The notes below the pieces were generated by a model. That model worked only from the letters and a program-made list of their open reading frames with translations, did not search any database and was not told the DNA's origin. Shown here one piece after another: positions 28,587-39,034 of a stretch of 64,000 bases of DNA. The position numbers and the translations under genes are program-made. Location: positions 168,932-232,931 of IMG/VR virus record IMGVR_UViG_3300033984_000473; one strand, given 5' to 3'. Each line of letters starts with the position of its first letter. The stretch's first letter is position 1.

Positions 28587-29099
28587 TTAATTTGACTCTA
28601 CCAAATTAATTTTCAATAAAATATCTAATAAATCCCACATTGCTTTACCACTAGATGGTGTATTCAAAAACAACGCACCCTTAAACTCTTGATACTCTTT
28701 GGCATACATATCAATCTTACCACCATGTTCAATGTTGGCAATTCTATCCGCTAACTTAAGAATAATCGCATCTTTGTTGCTCGCAGTCTTAGGAAGAGTC
28801 TTTTCTTTTTTCTCTTTTCTATTACGACCCAATTCGTCAGTAACACAATAAACCATTTCAGCAACTTCTTTACCAAAGTGTTTGTTGATGTCGTTATAAC
28901 TAATACCATCATCTTCTATCGCATCGTGTAGTGCAGCTCCAATTAACATTTTATTACTTTTAAAATCAAATCGTTTTAAAACATCAATTACATCATAAAT
29001 GTGTTTCATATACGGAAAAATTTCATCGTATCTTTGATTTTTATGTGCGTTTTCAGCAACAAATAAGGCATCTCTTAGTAATTTATCAGTGTATTCCAT
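28587..29099 (-). CDS. small alarmone hydrolase-like HD protein (Mesh1/SpoT-HD)
   Basis: AHKNQR..PY..H..LHDAIED..VTD..KLADRIAN. Confidence 0.85.
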   Translation of the reverse strand: MEYTDKLLRDALFVAENAHKNQRYDEIFPYMKHIYDVIDVLKRFDFKSNKMLIGAALHDAIEDDGISYNDINKHFGKEVAEMVYCVTDELGRNRKEKKEKTLPKTASNKDAIILKLADRIANIEHGGKIDMYAKEYQEFKGALFLNTPSSGKAMWDLLDILLKINLVESN

Positions 29100-29209
29100 A
29101 TTAAATATATTTTATTTTACACAAAGATACAAAATAATTTTAACTTTTACAAGTTTTCACATATTTATTATTAAATAACATCTTCAATAGATTCATAAAC
29201 AATTTTAAA

Positions 29210-29839
29210 ATGATAATTTATAAAACAACAAATTTAATTAACGGTAAAATATACGTAGGTCAAGACTCAAAAAATAACCAAAAATATTTAGGTTCTGGAA
29301 TTGTATTAAACCATGCAATAAAAAAATACGGTAAAGATAACTTCAAAAAAGAAATACTTGAACATTGTATCGATAAAAATGATATGGATGAAAAAGAAAA
29401 ATATTGGATTTCAGAATTAAATTCTAGAAATAGAAATATTGGTTATAATATAACAAAAGGTGGTGATGGTTGTTTAGGTTGTAAATTCCCAGATAGAGTT
29501 TTTACTAAAGAACATAAAGATAATATTAGTAAAAACCATGCTGATGTATCTGGCGAAAAAAACCCTATGTTTGGAAAAACACATACTAATCTAGTTAAAC
29601 AAAAAAGTAGATTACGTAATTTAGGTAAAAAAGCTAGTGATAACACAAAAAGTAAAATGTCTGAACAAAGAAAAGGAGAAGGTAATAGTAAGTCTAAATT
29701 AACCGAACAACAAGTATTGATTATTCGAGATTTATATTTTATCGATGGAGAATCACAAAAAATTTTAGCAATAAAATTCCAAGTTCAAGACGCATGTATT
29801 TTTAAAATAGTCACATATCGAACTTGGAAACATATATAA
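29210..29839 (+). CDS. GIY-YIG homing endonuclease with NUMOD3 repeats
   Basis: IIYKTTN..YVGQ..YLGSG, GYN, NPMFGKTH. Confidence 0.9.
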   Translation: MIIYKTTNLINGKIYVGQDSKNNQKYLGSGIVLNHAIKKYGKDNFKKEILEHCIDKNDMDEKEKYWISELNSRNRNIGYNITKGGDGCLGCKFPDRVFTKEHKDNISKNHADVSGEKNPMFGKTHTNLVKQKSRLRNLGKKASDNTKSKMSEQRKGEGNSKSKLTEQQVLIIRDLYFIDGESQKILAIKFQVQDACIFKIVTYRTWKHI

Positions 29840-29845
29840 GTCGTA

Positions 29846-30184
29846 TTATCTATTTTTTTTAAGTCCTAGTGCGTTTTTTCTAACTTGCCATTCTTTAAAC
29901 TTTGTACTCAAAATATTTCGAGTAAATGTATTAAGCGGTTCTTCAAATGATTCACATTTCTCAAAGGATTCTTTATAAACCAAACGCATAACATGAATAG
30001 CTGTTGTTATATCAACATGATTCAAATCTACCACTATTTTATTAAATTTTTGCAATAATCTTGCTGGTTTTCTATGATTTAAACCTTTTTCATTTATTAT
30101 CCTAGCCATATCAATAGCTGCTGGTGAATCACCAAATGTTCTATCATCTATTCTCATCTTCTTTTTCTTCATGATGTTCATCAC
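29846..30184 (-). CDS. hypothetical protein
   Basis: ORF track. Confidence 0.55.
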   Translation of the reverse strand: MMNIMKKKKMRIDDRTFGDSPAAIDMARIINEKGLNHRKPARLLQKFNKIVVDLNHVDITTAIHVMRLVYKESFEKCESFEEPLNTFTRNILSTKFKEWQVRKNALGLKKNR

Positions 30185-30524
30185 ATAGTGTGAATAACCA
30201 ACTTCCTTTTCTTAATTCTCCTGGGTTACCACATGTTTCACATAAAGTATATGACATCTTCTCATACTTACTAATAATCTCAGCAGCACCTTCTGGGTAA
30301 GTTTCCAAATAGAATCTAAGACCACCAAACTTCTCTTTTACTTGAGTTGTTCGTTTGTCCCAACCTATTTCAATAAGTTCCTCAATCATAGATTTGATGA
30401 TAGGGAACCAACCTTTACCGACACCGAAGTATCTAGCATCTACGATTGGTCCTCTATCCTCTCTATATATCCTTTCTAACCCACCTATGGAGATTAAAAA
30501 TTCATTCATTTCTTCTATACTCAT
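30144..30524 (-). CDS. conserved phage protein with C-terminal Zn ribbon
   Basis: QVKEKFGGLRFY..CETCG..TLC..H. Confidence 0.75.
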   Translation of the reverse strand: MSIEEMNEFLISIGGLERIYREDRGPIVDARYFGVGKGWFPIIKSMIEELIEIGWDKRTTQVKEKFGGLRFYLETYPEGAAEIISKYEKMSYTLCETCGNPGELRKGSWLFTLCDEHHEEKEDENR

Positions 30525-30883
30525 TATCTTCGTATTAAAAGGTATTCGTAATTTTCTTTCACATCTTTCGGTAAATCAATTTCAGCACATGGGTTGGTTG
30601 ATTGATTAAAATCGTTCCAACCATAGGTTGGAAAATTATCTGGTGCATATTGAGCATTATCTTTTCTCCATTTAGACTCTGTAACCGACCTTAAATGACA
30701 CCCAGATAATCCAGGTATATGACTAGCACTAATTAGACTTCCATCTTTTAACTTTTCAAAATCGACTTCCCATGCACCACCATCTCGATAGTATGAAAAA
30801 TGTCCATTCCCATAAATTAACCTTAAACACGTTTGTCCGTTAAGCGTTACAAATTGTGGGAAATACCCTATCGTTCCTCTCAT
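30524..30883 (-). CDS. hypothetical protein
   Basis: 119 aa, ends NYEYLLIRR. Confidence 0.6.
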   Translation of the reverse strand: MRGTIGYFPQFVTLNGQTCLRLIYGNGHFSYYRDGGAWEVDFEKLKDGSLISASHIPGLSGCHLRSVTESKWRKDNAQYAPDNFPTYGWNDFNQSTNPCAEIDLPKDVKENYEYLLIRR

Positions 30884-30884
30884 T

Positions 30885-31082
30885 TTATCTAGCTATTAGA
30901 ATGTATTGATAATCATTTGTTATTTCTTCTTTTATTTCGTTTGGTTTATTCTTAGGTATAGTATTTCCCCAATCAATTAGTGAATCTATTTCTTTATCTG
31001 TTAACGCAAAATTACTACGTTGAATCGATTTCATCCACCCATTCTCCCACCCATGATATTTATTTTCTTCTTTCATTACCAA
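30885..31082 (-). CDS. hypothetical protein
   Basis: 65 aa, ends DYQYILIAR. Confidence 0.55.
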   Translation of the reverse strand: MVMKEENKYHGWENGWMKSIQRSNFALTDKEIDSLIDWGNTIPKNKPNEIKEEITNDYQYILIAR

Positions 31083-31321
31083 CTAATGTTTAAATAACTA
31101 CCCTCTCTTTGGTCGTCATGTTGTTTAACACTAAACCCTCGTTTGTTTAATTCTTTAACAACCAATGCGTCAGCATAGATACCAACACTACACCCCATTT
31201 GATTTCCTTTAACTGCACGTTCAATTGCATCTAAACACACTTCAAGTTGTTTATTAACTTTTTCACCTAAAACAGATTCTGCTGTTTTTTTAGCCCATTC
31301 GGCTGTAATTTCTTCTTTCAT
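31076..31321 (-). CDS. hypothetical protein
   Basis: 81-aa ORF. Confidence 0.6.
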   Translation of the reverse strand: MKEEITAEWAKKTAESVLGEKVNKQLEVCLDAIERAVKGNQMGCSVGIYADALVVKELNKRGFSVKQHDDQREGSYLNISW

Positions 31322-31323
31322 AA

Positions 31324-32448
31324 TTAAAGCATTTTATATAATAATTTATCATCGTATTTAAACATAAATGTTTCAACCGATTCTACTTTTCCTTCAGCCA
31401 ATCCAAAATACAATCCTGTGAATTGTTTTAAGTCTTGTTTACCACATACTTCAAACACAGCTTCGGCATATTTCTTTTTTTCAGATGCCATTATGTTTTT
31501 TGGTTTACGTAGTTTCAACTCATCCCACAATACATTCAATTTTACAACCAAAGCATCGTAAGATTCTTTTAACTTATAAAGTTCCTCTTTTCTTTCTGGA
31601 AAGGTTGAGGCGAATTCTTCTATCTCATTGGTTTTAACGATTGTAAGTATGTTGTGTTCAGCAGTTTTACCTTTTAAGTGGTGAACTGCCAAGTAAGCTG
31701 GGTTTTTTATCTTAACACGGTTAAAATTAGCATCCACAACAACGTAACCTTCTTCCGACCATGGCATACCTTCAAATGTACGTAACAAAGCACCCACATC
31801 TTTGGCATTCAAATCAAACTTTTTAACCAATGGCAGTCCCAATGATATAGCAGCCATTTCTAAGTCTTTTCCAGATAATTCTTCTAGAGTTTCTCTGTTT
31901 CTGATTGTAAGGATAGTAGCTGATGATTCACCGTGTGGTTTAACCACTATATTGTATGGAGTAGTTAACTCGAATACGTATATATGGTTTTTATCTAGTA
32001 AACAATCGTTGAAACCGTACTTGTTATTCACAGTATCCCAGAATAGGTCATTAAATGTAGTACCCATCTTGTTATTTACCTCTCCTTCACCCTCTGCTGT
32101 ACCAGTAGTACCAGCAAACCATGTTTTTTTGTTCCAATCCCAGTATGCTTGTATAAGAGTACCATCTAATTTCTCTAGAACACTAGCAGTATTCCAGTCA
32201 ATCTTAGCAGCGTTACCCTCTTGTGAGTTAAAAAACTTTCTAAAAGCCAATGACATTACCTTCCATGTATCCATTTCAAGTATAAGACCACGAGAATCTT
32301 GCATTTCTGGCAACGCCATAAGTGTTGGCGACACTAATTGGTCATATTTTAAAAGTATTTTACCGTCATACTCTCTAAATTTCAATTTAAAGTCTGATAT
32401 TGTTTTTGATATCCCGTTTTTTCTGATATATTCTTGTATTGCTAACAT
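31324..32448 (-). CDS. RNA ligase (T4 Rnl1-like)
   Basis: RGLIL..FRKFFN..EKLDGT, FEL, EGYVV, KIK..Y. Confidence 0.9.
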   Translation of the reverse strand: MLAIQEYIRKNGISKTISDFKLKFREYDGKILLKYDQLVSPTLMALPEMQDSRGLILEMDTWKVMSLAFRKFFNSQEGNAAKIDWNTASVLEKLDGTLIQAYWDWNKKTWFAGTTGTAEGEGEVNNKMGTTFNDLFWDTVNNKYGFNDCLLDKNHIYVFELTTPYNIVVKPHGESSATILTIRNRETLEELSGKDLEMAAISLGLPLVKKFDLNAKDVGALLRTFEGMPWSEEGYVVVDANFNRVKIKNPAYLAVHHLKGKTAEHNILTIVKTNEIEEFASTFPERKEELYKLKESYDALVVKLNVLWDELKLRKPKNIMASEKKKYAEAVFEVCGKQDLKQFTGLYFGLAEGKVESVETFMFKYDDKLLYKML

Positions 32449-32501
32449 AATAATTTGTTTTAGACTACAAAAGTAATAAAAATAATTGGGTTTACCAAAT
32501 A

Positions 32502-32855
32502 TTATTCGTCTTTTTTATCGTCTTTGTTATTTTTTTTGTTTATTTTTCTTAATCTTTCAATTTTTTCAATCAAACCTTCATAAGTTTCATTGTCTGCGGC
32601 ATCTTTTACATCCATTAAAGCAGCATCATGGTTAGCTTCCATGTTATCTAGTATCTTTTTTGCTGAATACATGGATACCAGCTCACTAAATTTGTTTATA
32701 TCATCATTATCAAATATAATACCCGATAAAAAGATTAGTATAGTACCTATTTGGGATACACTAATATCACGAGTTTCTTTACCCTCTTCCATTAGGGCTT
32801 GACCCATTTGCATAAATTTACTACTTAAATCTAAACGTCTGTCTATGTTTTTCAT
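32502..32855 (-). CDS. hypothetical protein
   Basis: ORF with promoter upstream. Confidence 0.65.
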   Translation of the reverse strand: MKNIDRRLDLSSKFMQMGQALMEEGKETRDISVSQIGTILIFLSGIIFDNDDINKFSELVSMYSAKKILDNMEANHDAALMDVKDAADNETYEGLIEKIERLRKINKKNNKDDKKDE

Positions 32856-32906
32856 ATGTTTTTTATACAAAGGTACTATAATTTTTTGTAATATGCAAAT
32901 AAAATA

Positions 32907-33539
32907 TTATTTACCGTAGTACCCAGATTCTAAACCTATACGAGTACCGTATTTATTACCTAAAGCTTCAAGTTTTTTATCTAATTTAGAGTCACCACCA
33001 AATGTTTCTTCTAATTCACCACCAAATGCTTCTTCAAAATAGATATCATAACGACTACCCGACCAATTACTTTTTCTAACACAGTCAAATTTTAAGAAAC
33101 CATTATAGTGTTCAGTAACCAATATATCTAATTCTTCTGATAAAGCTTCAACATCGATACCAAATTGATAATTTATACCCATATCTGTTAATGATTCTGA
33201 AACCATTTGATTATACCTACCGAAACTTCCGTTGATAAGGACTTCCATCGGTTTCCACGCAACAACATGTGGCTCATTATGGTTAATTTCACCAGAATAA
33301 TCAGCCAAATATGTATATCCCATATTACCATTTTTATGGGTTGCAAATACCAAACGTAAATTAGAAATATCTAACCCAGTTTCTTCTTTACACTCTCTGA
33401 TTGCGGTAACCATAGGGTCTCCATTATCTTCTGGGTCCATCTTACCACCTGGTAATCCGAAATCTTTATGATTATCTTTTCTAGAAACCCCTAATACTAA
33501 TCCTTCTTCGTTAATTAAAACCACTTGTGCTGTTATCAT
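32907..33539 (-). CDS. Nudix hydrolase
   Basis: GLPGGK..AIRECKEETGL Nudix box. Confidence 0.9.
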   Translation of the reverse strand: MITAQVVLINEEGLVLGVSRKDNHKDFGLPGGKMDPEDNGDPMVTAIRECKEETGLDISNLRLVFATHKNGNMGYTYLADYSGEINHNEPHVVAWKPMEVLINGSFGRYNQMVSESLTDMGINYQFGIDVEALSEELDILVTEHYNGFLKFDCVRKSNWSGSRYDIYFEEAFGGELEETFGGDSKLDKKLEALGNKYGTRIGLESGYYGK

Positions 33540-33657
33540 TTTTTATTTTTTTATGTGTTTATCCTTTACTTTTTACTATTTTAAGCAAAGGTACGATTTA
33601 TTTTAAATTTTACCTAATTTTTAGCTATATTTTTATATTTATAATAAAACAAAAACC

Positions 33658-33894
33658 ATGTTCAAAAAACTATTAAGTCCACAAGTTTATACTTTTGAAA
33701 CTGATTTAAGCTCTCAAAAGTCAATTTTTTCAGCTCCTAGACCAGCTTTGGGTGGTGGAACATTACCAACTGGTAGTAGCAGTGGTAGTGGGAATAACAA
33801 TAATAACAATAACAATAACAATAACCTAAATTACATTCTTTTGGAAAATGGTTTCTACCTTTTACAAGAAAATGGTTCAAAAATCTATCTTTAA
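33658..33894 (+). CDS. small structural protein with sheath-like N-terminus and poly-Asn linker
   Basis: LSPQVYTFETDLS, AAT/AAC run, YILLENGFYLLQENG; late motif upstream. Confidence 0.6.
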   Translation: MFKKLLSPQVYTFETDLSSQKSIFSAPRPALGGGTLPTGSSSGSGNNNNNNNNNNNLNYILLENGFYLLQENGSKIYL

Positions 33895-33896
33895 TC

Positions 33897-36800
33897 ATGG
33901 CAGACCAAAAAATTAGTCAGTTACCTTCGGGTACATTATACCCACAAACAATATTTCCTATTGTCACTTTGGGTACAACATCACAAACAACATTTGCTAA
34001 TTTAGCAAATGCTTTATCATTAGTTATTACTGGTGGTACTGGTACTAGTACTGGTACAACAATTACAGCAATGACATTTAATCAAGGTACTTACGATTTA
34101 ACTGTAGACCAAAATGATGGAACTAGCTTTACTCAAAACTTTGGTATTTTAGCTACAGATATGACTGTAACTGGTGGTACTTATGACATGATGACTGGTA
34201 TTGTTCAATTCACCAACAATAGTGGTGGAACATTTAGTGTAACTGGTTTTGCTGTTGGTGCTACTGATACTGTAATTACCAACGTGTCTTTTGACCCAAC
34301 AACTAAATTTTTAACTATTGATGATTCTGCTGGTAACAGTTTTAACACATCGATTAATGATTTTAACGGATTAAATGTTATCGGTAGCTTGTCTGCTACA
34401 ACATTCTATGGTGATGGTTCACATCTTACTGGAATTCCAGTTGGAACAGGTGGTACGGTTACTGGTGCTTATTTACCATTATCTGGTGGTACAATGGAAT
34501 CTAATGCGGATATTATTTTTGCTAATGGTTCAATACTTAGTGAAGGAACAATAGATGCTGGTACTGGTGGTGCTAAGGGTTTAGCTCAAATTTGTAGTAT
34601 TGGTTATGAATTGAAATGGGAAGCTGGAAGGTTATACATCATGAACCAAGGTGGTACACAAATTAGAGAAGTTAAGTATCAATTATTTTATAACCCAAGT
34701 AACACTGATGACGATACGAAAGGGTTTTATGTTGGTAGTAGATGGGTATTAGATAACGGAAATGTTTATGTTTGTACTGATGCTACAACTGGAAACGCTA
34801 TTTGGGAATTAAAATTCACTGAAGCTAATGTTAGTGCAATGACATTTAATCAAGGCACTTATGACCTTACAATCAATCAAACTGATGGAACTAGCTTTAC
34901 TCAAAGTTTAGGTGTCTTGGCTACAGATATGACTGTAACTGGTGGTACATATGATTTTAACACTGGTATTGTTGAATTTGTCAATAATAGTGGTGGTACA
35001 TTTAACGTTACTGGTTTTGCTAGTGGTTTAACAGATTCAACAATCGCTAACTTTACATACAACAATGCAAATACTTTTACAATTACAGACACAACAGGTG
35101 GTACTTTCAACGCTTTATTTAATACCGTTACTGGATTAACTGTTAGTGGTAGCTTATCAGCAACAACTTTCTATGGTGATGGTAGCAATCTTACTGGTAT
35201 TGCTGGTGGTGCTAGTGTATTTACTGTTGGTTCTAGTGGGACTTTATCAATCAAAGCTAACAACCCAACAACTAACGCTGTTGGTAACTATTCATTCGCT
35301 AATAACTTTACTACAACTGCTAGAGGTAACTATTCTGTTGCTCAAAATGAAAGTAGTTATGCATTGGGTCAAGGTTCTCATGCTGAAGGTAGACAAACAA
35401 ATGCTATTGGTGTTGCAAGTCATGCTGAAGGTTTTAGAACATATGCTGGTGATAAATATTTCCCAGTAATTACTGCAACTGGTAAAACACTTATAGTCGG
35501 ACCAACCAACGTTGATTTTAGTGCAGATTTTACACCTACTGGATATCTAATTTCAGATGCTTATTATACTTACCAATATACTGGATATACTTATTCAGCA
35601 CCTAACTTTACATTCGGATTAACTGTAACTGGTTTTAGTGGTACTAGAGTAGTTGATAGTCAATTTAGAACTAGTCTTTTAACACCTTTTTCTAGTGGTC
35701 AAAATTCACACGCTGAAGGTAATAGTTCTAAGGCAATTGGCTCTGCCAGTCATGCTGAAGGTGCTGGAAGTATAGCTTACGGTAATAATTCACACGCTGA
35801 AGGTAATGGTACTGTTGCTAGTGGTTTAACATCACATGCTGAAGGTTATGGTGGATTTGCTATTGGTAATTATTCACATGCTGAAGGTTATTATACTCAA
35901 GCTAAAGGTAGTTATTCACACGCTGAAGGTATTTCATCATACGCTAACGGTACTGCCAGTCACGCTGAGGGTAGTAATAATTTAGCTAGTGGTGAATATT
36001 CACACGCTGAAGGTAATATGACAAAAGCTACTATGTATAACGCTCACGCTGAAGGTCAGCAAACAACAGCTTCTGGTTGGTCATCTCACGCTGAAGGTTA
36101 TTATAGTATTGCTGGTGGTGATTATTCACACGCTGAAGGTTATAATACAAGAGCTAATAGAACTTCAACACATGCTGAAGGTTATGGAGCACAAGCCCTT
36201 GGGAATGCCACTCACGCTGAAGGTTATGGGTCATTAGCCATTGCTGATAATTCACATGCTGAAGGTGAAGTAACTAAATCTGGTAATTATTATTTAGGTA
36301 TTGATTCTACTGTTGGTAATGCTATTTATATTTCTGACGATGTTGATTATTCAACTACATTTTCACCATTTGGTGGTACTGCTATAATTGATGGTAAACG
36401 TTATAATTATTCGGCATCTTCATTTAGTTCACCAAACTTTATTGTTTATTTAGATGATACTGTTTTAAGTTCACCAGCTTTGATTTCAGACCTAAGTAAT
36501 TTAGTACCGTATGATTGGGGTAATGTGGCTATATTTGGTCAAAGTTCACATGCTGAAGGTAATTCTACAATAGCTATTGGTGACTCGAGTCATGCTGAAG
36601 GTACTTTAACAATAGCTGGTGGTAATTATAGTCACGCTGAAGGTAATGGGACACAATCTGTTGGTACATATTCACATGCTGAAGGTTATCAAACTGAAGC
36701 TTTTGGTATGTATTCACACGCTGAAGGTAATTATTCAGTAGCTCGTGGTGATGGAAGTCATGCTGAGGGTAACGGTACACTTGCTAGTGGTACTGGTAGT

Positions 36801-37124
36801 CATGCTGAAAATAACTACACTAAAGCTTATGGTGCTGCTAGTCACGCTGGTGGTGTTCTATCTATTGCAAATGGTTACATGTCTTTTGTACATGGTAATA
36901 AATCAGAAGCTAATAGTACAACTACTGTTGTGTTGGGTGACAACATAACTGGTAATACAGCTAATACAATTTATGTTTCAGATTTAGTAATCAAAAAAGC
37001 GGCAGCGGTTCCTACAAGTTCAGCTGATGCTATTGGTGAAATCGGTTCTGTAACATGGGACGCTACTAACTTCTACTGGAAAACAGCTGGTGGTTGGTTA
37101 AAAGTATCTGGTTCAACTTTCTAA
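33897..37124 (+). CDS. tail fibre / adhesin with SHAEG repeats
   Basis: MADQKISQL start, internal duplication, >25 14-aa SHAEG beta-roll repeats. Confidence 0.85.
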   Translation: MADQKISQLPSGTLYPQTIFPIVTLGTTSQTTFANLANALSLVITGGTGTSTGTTITAMTFNQGTYDLTVDQNDGTSFTQNFGILATDMTVTGGTYDMMTGIVQFTNNSGGTFSVTGFAVGATDTVITNVSFDPTTKFLTIDDSAGNSFNTSINDFNGLNVIGSLSATTFYGDGSHLTGIPVGTGGTVTGAYLPLSGGTMESNADIIFANGSILSEGTIDAGTGGAKGLAQICSIGYELKWEAGRLYIMNQGGTQIREVKYQLFYNPSNTDDDTKGFYVGSRWVLDNGNVYVCTDATTGNAIWELKFTEANVSAMTFNQGTYDLTINQTDGTSFTQSLGVLATDMTVTGGTYDFNTGIVEFVNNSGGTFNVTGFASGLTDSTIANFTYNNANTFTITDTTGGTFNALFNTVTGLTVSGSLSATTFYGDGSNLTGIAGGASVFTVGSSGTLSIKANNPTTNAVGNYSFANNFTTTARGNYSVAQNESSYALGQGSHAEGRQTNAIGVASHAEGFRTYAGDKYFPVITATGKTLIVGPTNVDFSADFTPTGYLISDAYYTYQYTGYTYSAPNFTFGLTVTGFSGTRVVDSQFRTSLLTPFSSGQNSHAEGNSSKAIGSASHAEGAGSIAYGNNSHAEGNGTVASGLTSHAEGYGGFAIGNYSHAEGYYTQAKGSYSHAEGISSYANGTASHAEGSNNLASGEYSHAEGNMTKATMYNAHAEGQQTTASGWSSHAEGYYSIAGGDYSHAEGYNTRANRTSTHAEGYGAQALGNATHAEGYGSLAIADNSHAEGEVTKSGNYYLGIDSTVGNAIYISDDVDYSTTFSPFGGTAIIDGKRYNYSASSFSSPNFIVYLDDTVLSSPALISDLSNLVPYDWGNVAIFGQSSHAEGNSTIAIGDSSHAEGTLTIAGGNYSHAEGNGTQSVGTYSHAEGYQTEAFGMYSHAEGNYSVARGDGSHAEGNGTLASGTGSHAENNYTKAYGAASHAGGVLSIANGYMSFVHGNKSEANSTTTVVLGDNITGNTANTIYVSDLVIKKAAAVPTSSADAIGEIGSVTWDATNFYWKTAGGWLKVSGSTF

Positions 37125-37144
37125 ACCAAAACTTTATATAAATT

Positions 37145-37173
37145 AAAAAGGTGTGATTATGTCACACCTTTTT
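37145..37173. terminator. bidirectional terminator
   Basis: AAAAAGGTGTGA-TTATG-TCACACCTTTTT between convergent genes. Confidence 0.8.
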
Positions 37174-37177
37174 TGTT

Positions 37178-37387
37178 TTATAAACTATCCATTCTTACTT
37201 GTCGAACAATCTCACCTAATCTACAATCACCTTGCCCAATTATTTGAGTACATAGACATCTTCTAAGAAATGGAATTGTAGGTTGTTTATTTTGTCCCAC
37301 TAGCATGGTGAGTTTCCCAGCTGGAATTCCATTCTTCATTAATTTGTCCAACATAGCTAAGCCAGTTGGTAAATAAGTATTTTCCAT
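37178..37387 (-). CDS. small protein resembling a RecA/DnaB N-terminal fragment
   Basis: LPTGLAMLDKLMKNGIPAGKLTMLVG with no Walker A lysine. Confidence 0.45.
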   Translation of the reverse strand: MENTYLPTGLAMLDKLMKNGIPAGKLTMLVGQNKQPTIPFLRRCLCTQIIGQGDCRLGEIVRQVRMDSL

Positions 37388-38325
37388 TATGCTGTTTTTT
37401 TGATTTCGGTTACTATTCCTTTAACTGCGAAGCTTTTAATCTTTTGCCATTTTGTAATATCATTAGACATCACTGGCTTACCACCTTCTGGATTTATCGC
37501 AATCGTTATGTGTGGTATTACGTTGGCCGATGGATAACCTTCTACCTTAACAGCCATGGCCATATCACTAAGTCCTATCGCTTCAACATATAATGTTACT
37601 TCTTTACCCAAGTCTTCTTTGTTTGGAACACCCTTACCAAAAACGATTGTCATGTGGTGTGCGAATACTTTCCAACCTTCTGGGATATATTCACCAACTC
37701 TAGACAACAACGCCCCTATAGAGCCATTATCCAAAACAACAGCAGAATACAATACATTTGATTCTTTGTACATATCCTTAGACTCTAAAACACTTTTAAG
37801 TGTTAATGAACCTTGACCTTTGTGACTTGCTATCATTTTTTCTATTTTATCTAATGGAACTCCGTGTGTGTTTCTTTCAGCTAAACCTTTGGCATCTAAC
37901 CCACCAGTACCAACATCAATAAACTTGATATTTCTATCAGCTAATCCCATTTCCAACGCAGCTTTAACCAACGCTTTGGATTCGTTTTGTTTGATGTTTG
38001 TATTATCTAAGATAACTGGAGATATACCTTCTCTGATTGATTTGATTGCGTTTTTAAGGTTTGTTGAGTGAGCTCTCGATAATGGTGTGAAATCTTTAGA
38101 TTCTTTCATCATTTCGAAAAAAGCATCATAATCACCATTAGCTTCAATAACATCATCAGTTGAATGGATTCTTCCTTCAGCTACTAGTTCTTTTGCTTTT
38201 GTTGATTTACCAGAACCTGGGATTCCACGCATAACGATAAGTTCTTGTGTTGGTCTAGAAACCAATACACCTAATGTGTTTTTGTCGATACCTTCCCCAA
38301 GTATTTGTTTTATATTATCTTTCAT
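37387..38325 (-). CDS. polynucleotide kinase-like P-loop plus 2H cyclic phosphodiesterase (RNA end healing)
   Basis: GIPGSGKST, DNTN, RNTHGVP; HMT and HIT motifs. Confidence 0.85.
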   Translation of the reverse strand: MKDNIKQILGEGIDKNTLGVLVSRPTQELIVMRGIPGSGKSTKAKELVAEGRIHSTDDVIEANGDYDAFFEMMKESKDFTPLSRAHSTNLKNAIKSIREGISPVILDNTNIKQNESKALVKAALEMGLADRNIKFIDVGTGGLDAKGLAERNTHGVPLDKIEKMIASHKGQGSLTLKSVLESKDMYKESNVLYSAVVLDNGSIGALLSRVGEYIPEGWKVFAHHMTIVFGKGVPNKEDLGKEVTLYVEAIGLSDMAMAVKVEGYPSANVIPHITIAINPEGGKPVMSNDITKWQKIKSFAVKGIVTEIKKTA

Positions 38326-38365
38326 TTGACAAAGGTACAACTTTAATTTCTAATTACCAAATAAT

Positions 38366-39034
38366 TTAAGAATAATATGTTTGATAAACATCGTTGGTTA
38401 AACCAAAGTCAATAAGTACAATGTCATCTTGACCATTTCTTTGTACAAGACCATAGCTATTAAGTCTACCAAAGTCACCAGCTAGTGCATCAATATTCTC
38501 CATGAATTCAGCAATAGAACCAATAAACTCATTTTCATCAAGTCTAGCTTTTACTTCTGGGTCCATAGTAAATATAGGTCTTTTACCTCGATTGATTTCT
38601 TTGAAGTTTCTTAGATATGCATTCAATTCATCAATAGTGCAACCATTAATTCTAACAAAGTCTTTTTTACTAACTTTTCTAGCCAACTCCATTTCAACCC
38701 ATAAATCATCTGGGTGATACATAAAAGTGTGTGCTAGTATTGGTCCAAAATAAGAATCTTGACCCCATTGTATTTCAACTTCATTTTGTGCAATTCCTTT
38801 TTGGTTTTTAGCTAACTTTAAAACCTTGGTATCATCAATCATATAAACGATTCTAGCTGAACCAGATGAAATTCTTTTAAGATTTTCTTCACAGTATCTA
38901 ACTCTTTCAGCAAATTTTGTAAGTGTTTTGAAATGGTCCATATCGAAAGCTGTTGGGTATTCCTCTTCCAAAAACGATTCAATAAGGTTATGTGTTAAAC
39001 TTTCTGTAACTCTTTTTTTGATTAAATTTTTCAT
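38366..39034 (-). CDS. protein kinase-like protein
   Basis: GSARIVY, VLKLA, NEVE, GD..NSYG, LIDFG. Confidence 0.65.
   Translation of the reverse strand: MKNLIKKRVTESLTHNLIESFLEEEYPTAFDMDHFKTLTKFAERVRYCEENLKRISSGSARIVYMIDDTKVLKLAKNQKGIAQNEVEIQWGQDSYFGPILAHTFMYHPDDLWVEMELARKVSKKDFVRINGCTIDELNAYLRNFKEINRGKRPIFTMDPEVKARLDENEFIGSIAEFMENIDALAGDFGRLNSYGLVQRNGQDDIVLIDFGLTNDVYQTYYS

Noticed and set aside
31802-32476. 224-aa plus-strand ORF and many similar antisense ORFs
   Set aside because: Shadows of well-supported minus-strand genes, with no motifs or promoters
35370-36850. Regular 42-nt nucleotide repeats (TCACACGCTGAAGGT) resembling an array
   Set aside because: In-frame SHAEG protein repeats of the fibre gene, not CRISPR
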